DNA from: Podarcis cretensis
Lineage: Eukaryota
Direction: 5' to 3'
NCBI GenBank assembly: GCA_951804945.1
Contig: OX638149.1
Coordinates: forward strand, 67,332,001 to 67,396,000
DNA: 64,000 nucleotides
Shown: positions 51,275 through 64,000 of the stretch, in pieces
Position numbering within the stretch: the stretch's first letter is position 1
Layout of the letters: each line of letters begins with the position of its first letter
Notes under the pieces: generated by a model
What the model was told of the DNA's origin: nothing
Database searches by the model: none
The model's input: only the letters and a program-made list of their open reading frames with translations
Position numbers and translations under genes: made by a program

Positions 51275-52872
51275 GTACTCAGAAGGCCTGTGCATGGGAA
51301 TGTTTGGAGAGGTTGTAGTTTTCCTAGAAAAGAGCAGGGCCAGGAGGTTTGCCTCACTGAAGTGGCCTATGATCTAGCTTCATGGGCCTCCTGCGTGTTA
51401 CATGCATCAACATAATAGTGCCTTTGGGGACTTTTTTGGGGGGCGGGGTCGTTAAGAAAAGCTTTGGGAGACTACTGTTTTGAGCAGAGGAGGAAAGCAC
51501 TTAGCTGGTGTGTGTTTACTCTTACTAACATGACCATGGAACTCCAAGGATGGAAAGGCACTTTGGGGAACTGCAATTTTAGGCAGGGAAAGAGTTAATC
51601 ATCCAGTGTCCCCACTCCTCAAAGTCAGTCTTCTAAAACTGTTTTTCTTAATGATAGCAGCAAAGTTCATCAGGACACCATTGCATACATTGTGTGTAGT
51701 TTGCTCTGAAATGGCACAAGTTCTTAGAAGGACAGACAAGGTTTCCCTCAGTGTGGTTTCTAGAATAAAATCTCAAAGATTTTTGAGCTGTGGTATGTAT
51801 AAAATTAAACAGAGACATTGTATTACCCTTCATGTTTCTTGTCACTGAAGATTTATTCACATGAAATACTATTAAGACAGTGTGAATGCTCTCATTTCAT
51901 CACATTTTTAAAAAATGTTTTATTGGTTGCAGGCTGCATGTTTTTCTTAACTGGGACCAGGGCACTCTGCTGTTTAAATAATATTGATGAGTTCAGTAAA
52001 AGTAACATAGTGATAAAATATATGTAATGAATATGTGATGGAGCACATGGGAAACAAGGGTTGTCTATTTTTATAACAGGCAAAACAGTATTTTGCTTAG
52101 AGCTGAAGTGTTATTACTGTCAGAGTGACTACATAGGGGCATACATTTTCATAGAGTTGGCATTGCCTGTGCCCAAGGGTGGCCAAAGTTTTTGATTCAA
52201 AGAGCTGCATGCTAAAATCTTTATATAGCAAAGAGCCACGAGGCAGGCATCCGTCCATTGCCAGTGTTTTCTCCTTTCTTAGGGCCTTGGTAATACCGCT
52301 GGTGTTTCCTTGTTTTTCAGTGATATCATAGAAAATGGAAGTTGTGTCTCCTTCAGAATGTGCCTGAGAGAGTAGTTGAGGGAAGGAGCTCTACAACATT
52401 TACAAAGTTTCACTGGCATGGTTAGCACTGCTGTTCCCATGCGAGGAGCCATTTCCCATATGGCAGAGTCTAGATGAAGCTTCATTATGCAGGATTACCA
52501 CATTGCAGAACAAATGCTCAGATCCTTTTTGGAACTCCCTTCCTAGAGAAATTAGACTGCCTTCCTCCTTGATGTCCTTATGCTGGCAGGTGAAGACTTT
52601 CTTGTTCCAGCGCTCTGTCATTTTAGGAGGTGGAACTTAATTCTTTCAAATTTATTCAGTGAAGGTTTCTAAAAATATGCTTTTGCGTGTGAGGAATTCA
52701 AATCTGCTGTTATGTTTATGACTGGACAACATTTAGCTTGGTAAGTCTACATTTTATGTGGAAGCACATAAACAGCTTTCAGAAAACCAAATCATACTAA
52801 TTTTACCTTCTGAGAATGTTAGGTAATGCTAAATAATAATAATAATTATTATTAATAATAATGTGTTTTATT

Positions 52873-53215
52873 GTTGGCATCCGTTGGCATCAGGAGGCAA
52901 TGGAAGAGTGCACCTTGTGGGTAAAGTCAAACTGTTGGAGAGTTACAGTGCCTGCTGTGGTTGTAGAGACCGATACTGGAGAGACATGTCTTATCGCAGT
53001 TGGGGCAGATGAAGGCGACAGTTTGCTGCTACAGCTGTACCATGGTTTTCTTTTCTCTTCACCCCTTCTAGTGGTCATTCTTTCTTCTTACATGACCTGT
53101 CTGCCAGGCATTGCGGTCATTTGCCAGGGATTCCCATATAGCTGGGTTAAAGTTGCCAGCCTTCATGTCATGTTTGCAGACATCTTTGTAATGCAGAGTC
53201 AGTCTGCCGACAAGA
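52873..53215 (-). mobile_element. RTE-clade LINE (non-BovB) 3' fragment
   Basis: GRLTLHYKDVCKHDMKAGNFNPAIWESLANDRNAW and a C-terminal FICPNC..TCLS.IGLYNHSR zinc-finger-like segment. Confidence 0.82.
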
Positions 53216-54467
53216 TACGTTGAAAATATATCCTGGAAACATATATATTCCACCCACTTTTGAGTCTCCATAATGATAATGTTTCATAATTTGCCAAATC
53301 TGATCTGTTTTATATATGTAGATATTGGAAATGATTTCTTACATCAATATTTTTTAAAAAAGAAATTTTCATTATTTCATCAATTTCAATGAAGTCTAAT
53401 TACTTGAACTGAGTTAACTCTAGTAAACAATTCAGTTCTGCTTGCTCACACACAGTCCTAAAGTGCTTTCTCTTTTATAGAATTGTAAGTTCCACATTCT
53501 CCCCCTTCCCATCAAAGGCAAACAGAGAAAACACACATGCAACAATAATTGATTAAATCTTTGCTTTCCTGAAATGTACTTTGCTAGGAATAATTTTCAA
53601 AGTTGGCTTATTCAGGCACCTTGGGGGAAGTTGCATTTACAAGGAAGCCTGTCTATGAGCAAAGCATATCTTAAATTGTGACAATCCAATCCTGTGTCAT
53701 AGCCTTTAGGGAAACTTATCAAGCAAGCTTAGGTAGGCTTGTGTTTCACTATGCAAACCTCTTTCAAGTTTTGTTATGCATTTGAATAATAATTACTGAA
53801 AGATGTTTGATGCATTGAAATGAGCTGAGGCACTGCAGTGCAACACTAAGAGAATGAGACATCTTGTTTTAGGGCATATTAAACCCAAAGCATCAATCTT
53901 GCACCAAGTTATATGTGCTTAGATCTTACTATTTTCAGTGGGGCTGAAGCACATTACTGGAACAAAAAAGTGCAGCCAAAAAAGTAAGACTGTGCAGGTA
54001 GGATATTTGTGTTCTAGTATTCAGCCTATCATGACTTCAGAACTTTGCATTAGAGTCCTGGGACATCAGTGACCCTGTACATGGCCAGGTTTTGGAAGCA
54101 GCTGCTGGTGAACCCTTTCCTGCAGGAGGAATAAGAACGAAACTATATTTCCTCTATGACCTGCTCTTCAGAACTGTTAGCCTGCCCACATCCTTAGGTA
54201 CAAATGACTCTTCCTTACAAACTTCCTTAACTCCTGGTGGCCAACCATGATAGCCCTAGAGGTAGAAATGGGAACATTTAGAGACTTCCCTATGTTGCTG
54301 CCAGAAGCAGAGCTTTAATCCTTTAAATTGTGAGCTCACTTTTTGCGATAACAAGGACACACACCTTCCCAGAGCAGCAATGGAGCCATCAATACACTTC
54401 TGACCATCCTGCCTGGGCAGTACTCCAGGCCACATACTTGCTTGTTCACAAAAGGTTTAATCCAGGT

Positions 54468-54603
54468 CAGGCATAGGCAAACTCGGCCCTCTAGATGTTT
54501 TGGGACAACAACTCCCATCATCCCTGACCACTGGTCCTGTTAGCTAGGGATTATGGGAGTTGTAGTCCCAAAACATCTGGAGGGCCAATTTTGCCTATGC
54601 CTG
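54468..54603. mobile_element. palindromic hAT MITE
   Basis: caggcataggcaaa / tttgcctatgcctg; perfect 8-bp TSD atccaggt. Confidence 0.92.
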
Positions 54604-54988
54604 ATCCAGGTTGCTGTCACTCTGTGTTCCACTTTAGTGGATCTCTAACTAGCATGTGTGCTCACTGCCTGTGGCTGCTTACCTGTATGCAAGCCACATA
54701 CTAAACAGGCTTAGATTATGGTGATGATGAATATGAAAATGTGGAATACTTGAGGGAGAATTCAAGGGATCAGAACCTAGGTATTCCACTACCTACTTTC
54801 CTCACTGTGGGTTTTGGTTTCAGGCAGAAGAGCCAACTACAGCTACAGGGCTATGGCTAGCTGCTACAGTATTCCTTCCCACTTCCCTATGTTGCTGCCA
54901 TTATGTTGGGCTTACCACAGCGAAGCACTCATTGGCTAGGGTGGAAACGTGGAATGTTCAGTGGCTCAGGAAATCATACCACTTGCAG

Positions 54989-55281
54989 TTCATGGAGTCA
55001 TAGAATTGTAGAGTTGGACAGGATCACCTGGTCCAACCCCCTGCTATGCAGGAATCTCAACTAAAGCATCCAACCTCTGCTTAAAAACTGCCGATGAAGG
55101 AGAATCCACCACCTTCCAAGGGAGCCCATTCCACTGTTGAACAGCTCTTGCCATCAGAAATTTTTCCTGATGTTTCGTCGGAATCTCCTACCTTCTGGAC
55201 CAGGAGAAAACAAGCTGGCTGTATCTTCCATGTGACAGCCCTTTAGATGGTTTGAAGATGGCCATCATATCTTCTCTCAGT
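54989..55281 (-). mobile_element. CR1 3' fragment
   Basis: tcatagaattgtagagttgg...ggtccaaccccctgc...ctctgcttaaaaact...ttccactgttgaacagctctt. Confidence 0.82.
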
Positions 55282-56369
55282 TCAGAAGGCAAAGTTGTCA
55301 GGTTGATTGGGATCAAAACATCACATAGGACAGGTTGAGGATTGGGAAGAGGTGTGAGCGCATAGGTAAGCTAAGGGTTAGGGCTGAAGGAATGCTCCTA
55401 AGTAGCCAATAGTTCTAGAGAAAAAGTCTTGAAGGAATGGAAGGTGTAGAATGAGGCTTAAGGAAATGGGCAATAGAGACAAGGAATTTGAAGTAAGGGC
55501 TAATTGGAGATGAGGCTGCTCCTTTTTTCAGCTCCATAACTCTACTATCTAGTGTGCGTATTTTTCAAGTTCCTGCTTTCAGGCTACAGCTCATTTTGTC
55601 CCTCTTCCCTTGTGCTGCCATATCACTTGACTTGTCCTCTTAGCAATAATCTCTCCATCCCTCAAATTCCTTGTCTCCATTGCCCATTTCCTTAAGCCTC
55701 ATTGTCCACCTACCTTTCCTTCAAGTGGAAGCAGCTAAATTATTTGGCAGCAGGCTTCTAGATTAAAGGATTGCAGTATTCATGTTGCATGTGTAAACAA
55801 AAGAGGTGTCATGGTGCAGAGGGCCAGCTAAACAAATCTTGCTGTCTGAGGCTAATGAAAAGATGGTGCTCCCATTCCATGTACAGAAGGCAAATAGACC
55901 GTCAATTGAATTTCACATCAGCACTGGAGATGGGACAGCGCTTTCTAATTTAGGCATGCAACACCTCTGTCTCCCAATATTTCACTACCACTCTGTTCTC
56001 CCCTGCATCTGCTGCCTGAGGCACCTGTCTAATGGTAGAACCAGTCCTGGTGGAGAACTGGAATGAAGACGTACTGTTTGTATTGCAATCGCTTCCATTC
56101 TGTGGAAAAAAGTAGGTCAGGAATCAGAGGAGATACCTGTCCACTGTTCTGCAGTCCCAAGGGCAGACTGGGGATAGAGAGCAAATTTCTTAGCCATTTT
56201 CTGATTGCAGCTCCCTTTTCTATAGAACTTGGAAGAACCATAGTGGAGGTTTTGAGAGTACATTGTATACTAAATATGTATTCACTTTTAATAGGAAAAC
56301 TATGTTCTCTGTGTTTTTGAATCTGTCCTTGGATTGTAGTTTCTGCTGGTAGGTACCAGTGACATAATA

Positions 56370-56722
56370 CAGTGGTGCCCCTCAAGACGAATGCCTCGCA
56401 AGACGGAAAAGTCGCTAGACGAAAGAGTTTTCCGTTTTGGAGGTGCTTCGCAAAACGAATTTCCTATGGGCTTGCTTCGCAAGACGAAAATGTCTTGCGA
56501 GTTCCTGCGGGTTTTTTTTCCTTCCCCCCCTTTTTGTAAGCCGCTAAGCCGCTTATCTGCTTATCCGCTAAGCCGATAAGCCGCTAAAAGCCGCTAAAAG
56601 CCACTAATAGTGCTAATAGCGCTAATCCGCTAAGCCGTCAATGGGCTTGCTTCGCAAGACGAAAAACCGCTAGACGAAGAGACTCGCGGAATGGATTCTT
56701 TTCGTCTTGCGAGGCACCACTG
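56370..56722. mobile_element. Tc1/mariner MITE with internal minisatellite
   Basis: TA|cagtggtgcc ... ggcaccactg|TA; repeated cgcaagacgaa motifs; (taagccgc)-like array at about 56537-56640. Confidence 0.9.
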
Positions 56723-58174
56723 TAACTGTTCACTATAAATATAATTCAGCTAATGAACCAGTGAGATCTATAATATTTCTTTGTTCGGAAATAAATATTT
56801 TTTGTGCACCTTTCTATTCAGTACATTTTTAAAAACACACACACTCACACTTATACACCCCCCAATTCACTGCACAATGAATTATACCATGTCTTTTCAA
56901 GTTAAAAATCTGATTCCCTTTTATTTAGTGGTTTTACCTCTGTCACAGTATCCTGAGCATGAATAAACATTAATGTCTGAACTGTTTAATTTGTGATATG
57001 GTTGGTGCACCCTTTGATTAAAAAAACAATTGGCTTGGTTGGTAGAAACTGCTTCAAAGAGAGATAATTTACATACTTGCTTGTTTTTGACTTGAACAAA
57101 GGCTGACTGAATAGAAATCCTCTGGGGGAGATGGGTACTTGTAAAAGGCTGCAGTGGTCACCAGGGCTGTTACCTTCTCAAGAACCCACTTAAATTTTTA
57201 GTTTGTGGCATATGCTTTTGTAGGCTGTTGGCTTTCATTTGGAACTTACTGCTAGCAGATGATGTTTATTCCTGTAGCTGAGTTTTCTAGAAGGCACGAT
57301 TAATCAGCTGATCATGTGACCCTGTATTACTTAGAACCTCTGCACTTATCCATCTTCCAACAAATGTCCTCTGGGAAAATAAACTCGAGGCTTGAGTTTA
57401 GCTTTTGGTTGATAGGCATATGCCTTTCTCAGCAAATAAAGCCAAATGAATGTGGATAAATGTAGGGTTTTTTTTGGCAACTCTTTAAGTTAATTTAAAA
57501 CACCGTCCCACAATGAAAGTCTGTCTTTAATAACAATCCCTTTTGTATATTGTTGGTGCTTGAGTTTTTCCTTTGCTGACAATTTGGACCATGCTATAAT
57601 TGATAGTGTTACTTGAGTACTTGGACATGTGAGATCATGTAATTATCCATTTCACCAGGCTATGATTGCCTCTTTGGCAAGTTTGAGTGGAACTTGATTT
57701 CAGCTGGGTATTAGAGACTGCTGCTGCTTGATGGTAACTGAAATCTAAATAGTTACTGCTGCATTGTTTTTTTTCTTTTTTGGAATGTAAGCCCTTTTAA
57801 GTGTCAGTAAAGAAAGGCAGGATACAAAAATTTTTAAAAACAACCAAGAAACTACCTGACAGTGGTAGCCATTGCTAGCAGTAGGTTATAATATGCCTAT
57901 TGTTAGGACCATATGAATAGCTGCATTTATGTGTTCATATGTTTATGTTTAAAATGTATAAAGTCAATGCAAGGTGACATATTCCCATGGGTTCATTTAT
58001 CAGGTTGCACATGAACCCGTTTGGTAATCTAATTGCTTTTAATGTTCTGGCATGAAACCCAGCCATGAATTATTGAGCATACACCTGGAACTGAGTTCCC
58101 TGCTCTGAGAGTTGGTTTGGATGTAGTTGACCCCTCTGCAACTCTAAAGCCTCTGCTTAAGGTGCTGTGTTTCT

Positions 58175-58420
58175 CATATGAAAGTGCTTTTCTCTAGTAC
58201 ATATACAATTTTATTCATTTTTACAATAAAAAACAAACAAAAAACATCACATAACAACTCCCATACATGGGCTTTCCAAAATCCCTTGATTTCCCTACAC
58301 TCCCCTTCTTGGTTCTTTAGTTTTACATTTGTTCCTGAATGTCCATAATATCCAGTTGCCAATAATTTCCAGTTTTATGCATCATTCATCATATTACAAG
58401 TGTTTTTCAAAGTCCTGCTA
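58175..58420 (-). mobile_element. probable L1-type 3' end fragment
   Basis: A-rich 3' UTR-like sequence and ORF end resembling squamate L1 termini; degraded. Confidence 0.45.
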
Positions 58421-60089
58421 ATGAATAATCTCTAGTACACATGCAAGCATATGCATACCATTGTGACCATTCTTAAAGATATGTTGGCACTGATGCGGAG
58501 TGCACTCCAGGAATAGGTATGGGTTTTTGGGGGAGCGTGGGTCTCCATGTGGCAGCAGTCTGCACTGGACTTCATTCTGCATTCTCTGGAAACAAGGAGG
58601 CGAAGGTTGGAACGCAGCATTGAAAAAAGGGCCTGCCTGTACCATTCAAGCTGTCTAGCATGTAGACATCTGGTTGGTTGCCAGTTGTATTGTTGTATTT
58701 TTAATTTTTAAAAAAAGCAGGATAGAAACCTAAAGGAGGGGCAAGAACTGCCTTCTAAGTAGGGAGGCTGGATTCACCTGGTAACCTCCAGCTGCTGACC
58801 CTGAGCTTTCTTCACGTAAAAGTTAATGGCTCCTATCTCTCTTCTGAGAATTCCTGTTGCTTACACCCTCAAAATTAACTTTCAGGAGGAACTTAAAAAA
58901 CATTCCTCTTCACCCAAGCATTCAAATGGCTGAAAAGTACCATTCTTGGCAATCTTGAAATTGTGAGGAAATTGTGACTGTTTCGCTTGGGTTTTTTTAG
59001 GTAACTAAATTGCTTTTAAATGTTTTAAATAGGCTTTTATTATATTTTTAATTGCGGTTTTTGATCTCTTTTGTGTTTTTCTGCCCTGGGCTCCTTTGAC
59101 GCGCGTGGGGGGGGGGGAGGAGGGAATAAAAATTGGGTGAGTTAATAAAGAAATAATAAGTTAAGTAAGTATTTGAAATCATTTTGAAACCCATATTCTA
59201 CCGTAAATTGGTCCCAAGCACTCTGTGCTGAAAAGCAAAGAAGGACACCACAATGCTTATGTAATAGTTGCTCCACGCAAGACAGCAGGAAACCTTGAAA
59301 ATACCCATGGTGTCCTTTGTTTCCTGATGGCCTAGCAAATCCCCAGTAAGCTAGCTATATTTCAGAAATGCTGTCAAGGCTATTCAGTGTGAAAACTTCC
59401 CTAATATTTTCTTCCAGAGCAGACAAAGGCATGGAATCTATCTTTAAAAAGTTTCAGGTTCAATTTTGTGTGATGTCAGGAGCAATTAGGCTCCTTTTGT
59501 CAACTTGTTGTCAGCTCGAAATTGTTCTCATTTTGCACTTTCAGACATGTAAGATATTGAGCTGGCCAGCATAATACATTGCTTCAATTTGTTATTTTGG
59601 AGCAAATTGCAAAGTAGCACAAATTGGATAATGGCTCATTTGAAATGTGTGGATTCATTATTATGCCCTATAATGAAAACAACACATGAATTCTTTTGTA
59701 TTTCCTTGTGGGTACAAACCACCTACGTTCCACCCTGCCCCTGCTGTTCTGATTCTACTTCCTCTGTTCTAGCACATGAACAACTCACTCCCTTCTGCTG
59801 CCCGTTTCCCCCTTTTTCTTCTTAAAGTGGAATCCGTTCTCATTAAGTTGTGAATGGTCTGTGAGCAAGCCTGCAGCCGCTATGCAACATACAGAGTAGG
59901 TAAAGCAATCTCTGTGCAGTAATTTATATTGTTGTGGTAGACCTAAACAGTCACTCTTCATGTGTTCGAATGCAAGATAGCTAATAAAAAGTTCTGAGGA
60001 AACAAAAGCTCCATCAACAGGAATTCTTCTGGATTATATGCAACTGTACCTGTTTTTCATCTGTTTTCTCTGTGACGAATATGGCATTA

Positions 60090-60530
60090 AATATGAAGCT
60101 GCCATATAGTGAGTCAAGCCCGTGATCCATCTACTCACATACAGTGGTACCTCAGGTTACATACGCTTCAGGTTACATACGCTTCAGGTTACAGACCCAG
60201 AAATAGTGCTTCAGGTTAAGAACTTTGTTTCAGGATGAGAACAGAAATCGGGCTCCGGCGGCGCGGCAGCAGCTGGAGGCCCCATTAGCTAAAGTGATGC
60301 TTCAGGTTAAGAACAGTTTCAGGTTAAGTACGTACGGACCTACGGAACGAATTAAGTACTTAACCTGAGGTACCACTGTACTGGCTTCTCTTACCACCAG
60401 AAGCTCTCTACATTCTCAAAGAATATCTATTCCCAGTTCTGCTGCTGATATATTTTTTAACTGGAGGTGGCCAGAGATTTAATCTTGTGCTTGCAAAGCC
60501 ATGTGCTCTGCAGTTGGTTATGGTCATTCC
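60090..60530 (-). mobile_element. Squam3-like SINE interrupted by a mariner MITE
   Basis: gaagctgccatatagtgagtca...atccatcta (CR1-type tail) and ctggaggtggccagag...ttgcaaagc...ttatggtcattcc (tRNA-like head) flank the MITE. Confidence 0.65.
60142..60378. mobile_element. Tc1/mariner MITE
   Basis: TA|cagtggtacctcaggtta ... taacctgaggtaccactg|TA; reverse copy of the 39415 family. Confidence 0.92.
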
Positions 60531-61489
60531 TTTGTTTCGCATCCTCAAACTACCCCAGAATCAGTACTGAAAGGGGCTTTGTACTCTACAAGGGGTTTGA
60601 AGATTGCGACCCATCTCACTGTACATTGCTTGTTGTCCTATATTACTATTTCCAAACACTCTTTTCTTTCCTAAAGAAAAATAGAAACTAGCTGCGAAAG
60701 GAGGATATTTCTTCAGGCAAAGTTGGTCATAACTAATAGAATCATCAAAGTCTTTATTTGCAAAAGGCTGTTGAGCATCTGAGATCTGATAAAAATGCTT
60801 CGAGAACTGAGGACAATTATCTGAGGGCATTAGCAAGTGATTGTTAAGCAGGGCTTCTCTGCTTTCTTGTTAAGTAGTATTAAACAATATTAATCCAGCC
60901 AGCGTCTTTCTATGATATCAATCAGCAATTACTTCACAGGGAGCTAAAGTGTCTGTGACCACAGAGTATAGAATACATTGGTATTTGTTAGGACCTGTCA
61001 TGTTAATCTGAATGCAATCCCCTCCTCAGATACTCAGTTGATAATATGGTGGAATTAGCTTCGACCCCTTCACTTTTTATTTTTTTGCTGTTCAAATAAC
61101 ATAATATATCTTCAGGATTCTGAATTGTGAGGGCATCTAAATAAACAAGCTACCTAGTGCTCACTTTTTATTAGAGTGCTCTCACCCCGCCTCCTAGAAA
61201 CCCCACAAGCTCAGAGTATATTCCAAGGTCAGTATTTTGCTTTGGGAAGTGCCCATATAATTGGACCAACACCTAATCTGAGACTGAATGGTAAAGGCTT
61301 TTAGTATTGACTTTGAATCAATCTGCTGTAGAAAAGAACTGATTTATTTGTTACCTCTAGTGGGCTAGGAAAACTGCTTATTTGTGGCTCATTAAACTCT
61401 GCATTTAGTAGACGGTCTCTTCTGAAAAGAACTCAAGAGCTGATTTTATCTTGGTTAAAACATTTTCTTTTAAAAATAATTTTATTTAT

Positions 61490-62310
61490 GATTTTCATAT
61501 ATCTATATACATTTCAGTAGTAGTGTAACACTTGTTTGATTTTGATTTATACATTTTTGCCAATCTAGTAGGTGTTAGATACCATCTATATAACATTTTC
61601 ATATAGCTTTCCCTTATACTATAACATATTATTTCTTTACCGCTATAGCTTCTAATAGTGAGAGCCAGAGTGGTGTTTTCAAATCCAACAGGTTTTTGCA
61701 TTTATCCCAAACTCTATACAATTTTTTCCTGATTATATGGTTTGTAAATCCTTTGTGTACTTTCACTTTTTCATGACACAGATAAGCGTGCCAACCAAAA
61801 TGATTATCATGACCTTCAGGATCTAAAATATACAGATTTTTCAATGTCAACCATTCCTTCAACCAGCACAGACAAGATGCCTCATAATATAATCTCATAT
61901 CCGGCAGGGAAAAGCCTCCTTTCTCTTTCACATCAATCCATATTTTATGTTTTATTACTGTTTTTCTCCCTTGTCAGATATGTTTAGAAATGTCTTTTTG
62001 TCATGTGTTGAAGCAATCTGTCTTGCTAATCACCGATATTGATTGAAATAGAAATAACATTTTTGGTAATACATTCATTTTTATAGTCGACACTCTACCC
62101 AACAATGAAAGTTTCATCCTGCCCCATATTTGCAAATTTCTTTCAATATCTTCTCAAGTTTTAAAATAAATATCTTTGAACAAGTTTGTATTTTGCGGTT
62201 AACCATGCACCTAAATATTTAATATTTCTTTCAATCTTTAAACCTGATATATCTTGTAGTTTATTTTTACTATCACCATTCATATTTTTTACCAAGAGTT
62301 TGGTTTTGTC
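61490..62310 (-). mobile_element. L1-clade LINE ORF2 fragment (degenerate)
   Basis: IKYLG, LSLLGRVSTIKMNVLPKMLFLFQ, KEKGGFSLPDMRLYYEAS, KMLYRWYLTPTRL motifs with frameshifts and an internal deletion. Confidence 0.85.
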
Positions 62311-62311
62311 T

Positions 62312-62560
62312 CTATTATTATTATTATTAATTAATATTATTATTAATAATTTTTTATTTATACCCTGCCCTCCCCAGCCAAGGTCGGGCTCAGAGCAGCT
62401 TACAAGCAATAATAAAAACAAGATGAATGATTACAACTTAAAAACAAAAATAAAATACAACATTAAAATAATGGAACATTAAAATATAAAAATGTAGCCT
62501 CATCGCAGGAGGAGAAGGAAAAGAAAAAAGAAAGGGAGGGAGGGAATCAAATTGGCTCCT
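62312..62560 (-). mobile_element. L2-type 3' end/SINE with (ATT)n tail
   Basis: attattatt...atttataccctgccctcccc...ggctcagagcagcttaca. Confidence 0.6.
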
Positions 62561-62797
62561 GCTATGGTTAAAACTTTTGAAGGCCTTTAGATTATTGTTC
62601 AACAACAACAGATTTATGACCCAGAACAATAAAGGCAAATATGTGATTTGCTGTGTATTGAAAGATAATTTGAGACAGGTGTTTAAATTTGATCAATACA
62701 AATTATTTATTCATTGCTTTTGGTTCTCCACTCAGCACAATTAAAAAGTTAAAAATAGAATTCTTTTTCTCATATCATTGTACAGCAGGAATAAAAA

Positions 62798-62993
62798 NNN
62801 NNNNNNNNNNNNNNNNNNNNNNNNNNNNNNNNNNNNNNNNNNNNNNNNNNNNNNNNNNNNNNNNNNNNNNNNNNNNNNNNNNNNNNNNNNNNNNNNNNNN
62901 NNNNNNNNNNNNNNNNNNNNNNNNNNNNNNNNNNNNNNNNNNNNNNNNNNNNNNNNNNNNNNNNNNNNNNNNNNNNNNNNNNNNNNNNNNNNN
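62798..62993. other. assembly gap (196 N)
   Basis: run of n. Confidence 1.
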
Positions 62994-64000
62994 TTTCCTA
63001 AGGGAGCCTGTAATCTGTGCTTCAGGAGGGGGTTAGGATGGATTCCACTGGCTCTGCCAGTGATGGTGGTGGGGCGGTTGGAGCAGAAGTATCTTCACAA
63101 GCTGAAGATTCAGGGCATGTGGGAGTTACTACCAGTGATGTTTCTGCTGGAAGCATCTGGCACAAGGCTCGAAAATGAGGTGTTTTAGGGATGGAGCAAG
63201 TCCAGCCAGGATCTGCTGGATCCTAAGTTAGTCCATTGCCAGGTAACCGGCTCAGTCTGAACCTTTCAGCTGTGCCAAGTTGATGCCAAGAGAGAAATGT
63301 TCCCCATCTGCCCTTACCAGCAGGAGCCAGCGGGGTTTCAGATGGCTCTGCCACTCCAGTAATTCCTGGCACCTGGTGACCTTGGGTTTAGATTCCTTTG
63401 CCTGGATTGTGGCCAATGATTTCATTCCCTTCACAGAAGGCTCCTTAATCCAGTGGAGGCTTCTGTAAATGGAAGGGGGAGCAAAGGCGATTTTTGCAAA
63501 TTCCCATTTTCCCTGCAGTTCCACAAAAATCTGCTTGGGGTGGGGAGAAGGAGAGAACAGCTTGGAACAAAACAGAATGTTGCATGGGGAAAAGATGAAA
63601 CTTCGGAAAATAGCTTCTCATCCCTTTCTATTCATGAATGTTTCTGCTGGATCGAAAAAACATTCTGTGAATGGAAGGATAGAAGCAACCATTTCCTTAA
63701 GATTTCATGGCAGAGCAGCCAGCACATCCATAGCCCTGATGGTTCGCAGTGGTAGGGTTTTTTTTGTGTCTACTAGGACATAAATAACTATGGATTAACC
63801 CCATGGATGCTGTCATTTCAGGCCAATTTTGTAGGTAAGTTGGAGAAACAACATGCCTTGGAACAACTTCAGGAGATCAGGGGACATAAGTATCACCTCG
63901 CCTGTGGGTCTTCTTCTCAACTGTTCTCAACAGGCTGTAGGATTGCTGCCTGAGACTTTTTTTTCAGCAACACTGTGAGATTTAAAGTTCGGTTTTTCAT

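Noticed and set aside
56537-56640. Short repeat array as CRISPR-like
   Set aside because: No unique spacers, units only 8-10 bp, inside a MITE in a vertebrate genome
62994-63780. GC-richer segment after the second gap with several ~100-aa ORFs
   Set aside because: Possibly a degraded retroelement, but I found no diagnostic motif; left unannotated pending a Dfam/Repbase search
30271-64000. Further KIAA1549L coding exons among the many 60-190 aa ORFs
   Set aside because: None shows recognisable host-protein similarity with matching splice sites; they are TE-derived or random, and many start at non-ATG codons

Overview
Vertebrate (squamate, most likely lacertid lizard, judged from Sauria SINEs, Squam3-like SINEs and BovB) genomic DNA. 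Bases 782-16724 (+) hold the last 14 coding exons of HIPK3 (C-terminal kinase lobe through the stop codon). All are GT-AG and join in frame (2473 nt, about 823 aa plus stop). A long AT-rich 3' UTR runs to about 20.6 kb. After about 9 kb of intergenic DNA, a CpG island (about 29.3-30.4 kb) carries a first coding exon with a signal peptide that, by synteny and architecture, is probably KIAA1549L. The remaining ~34 kb looks like its first intron and is filled with transposable elements: Sauria SINEs, BovB, CR1, L2, RTE, RTE-X-like and L1 fragments, and hAT and Tc1/mariner MITEs. There are two assembly gaps. I found no convincing new multi-gene system. The most interesting signals are a uORF/dual-start layout in the putative KIAA1549L leader, two different Sauria SINEs inserted at one site (triplicated TSD), a MITE carrying an NRF1-CRE-NRF1-ETS motif cassette, an HMGN-like KRRSARI motif in HIPK3, and a palindromic stack of miRNA seed sites in the HIPK3 3' UTR. 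Comparisons with human sequences are from memory and need alignment.
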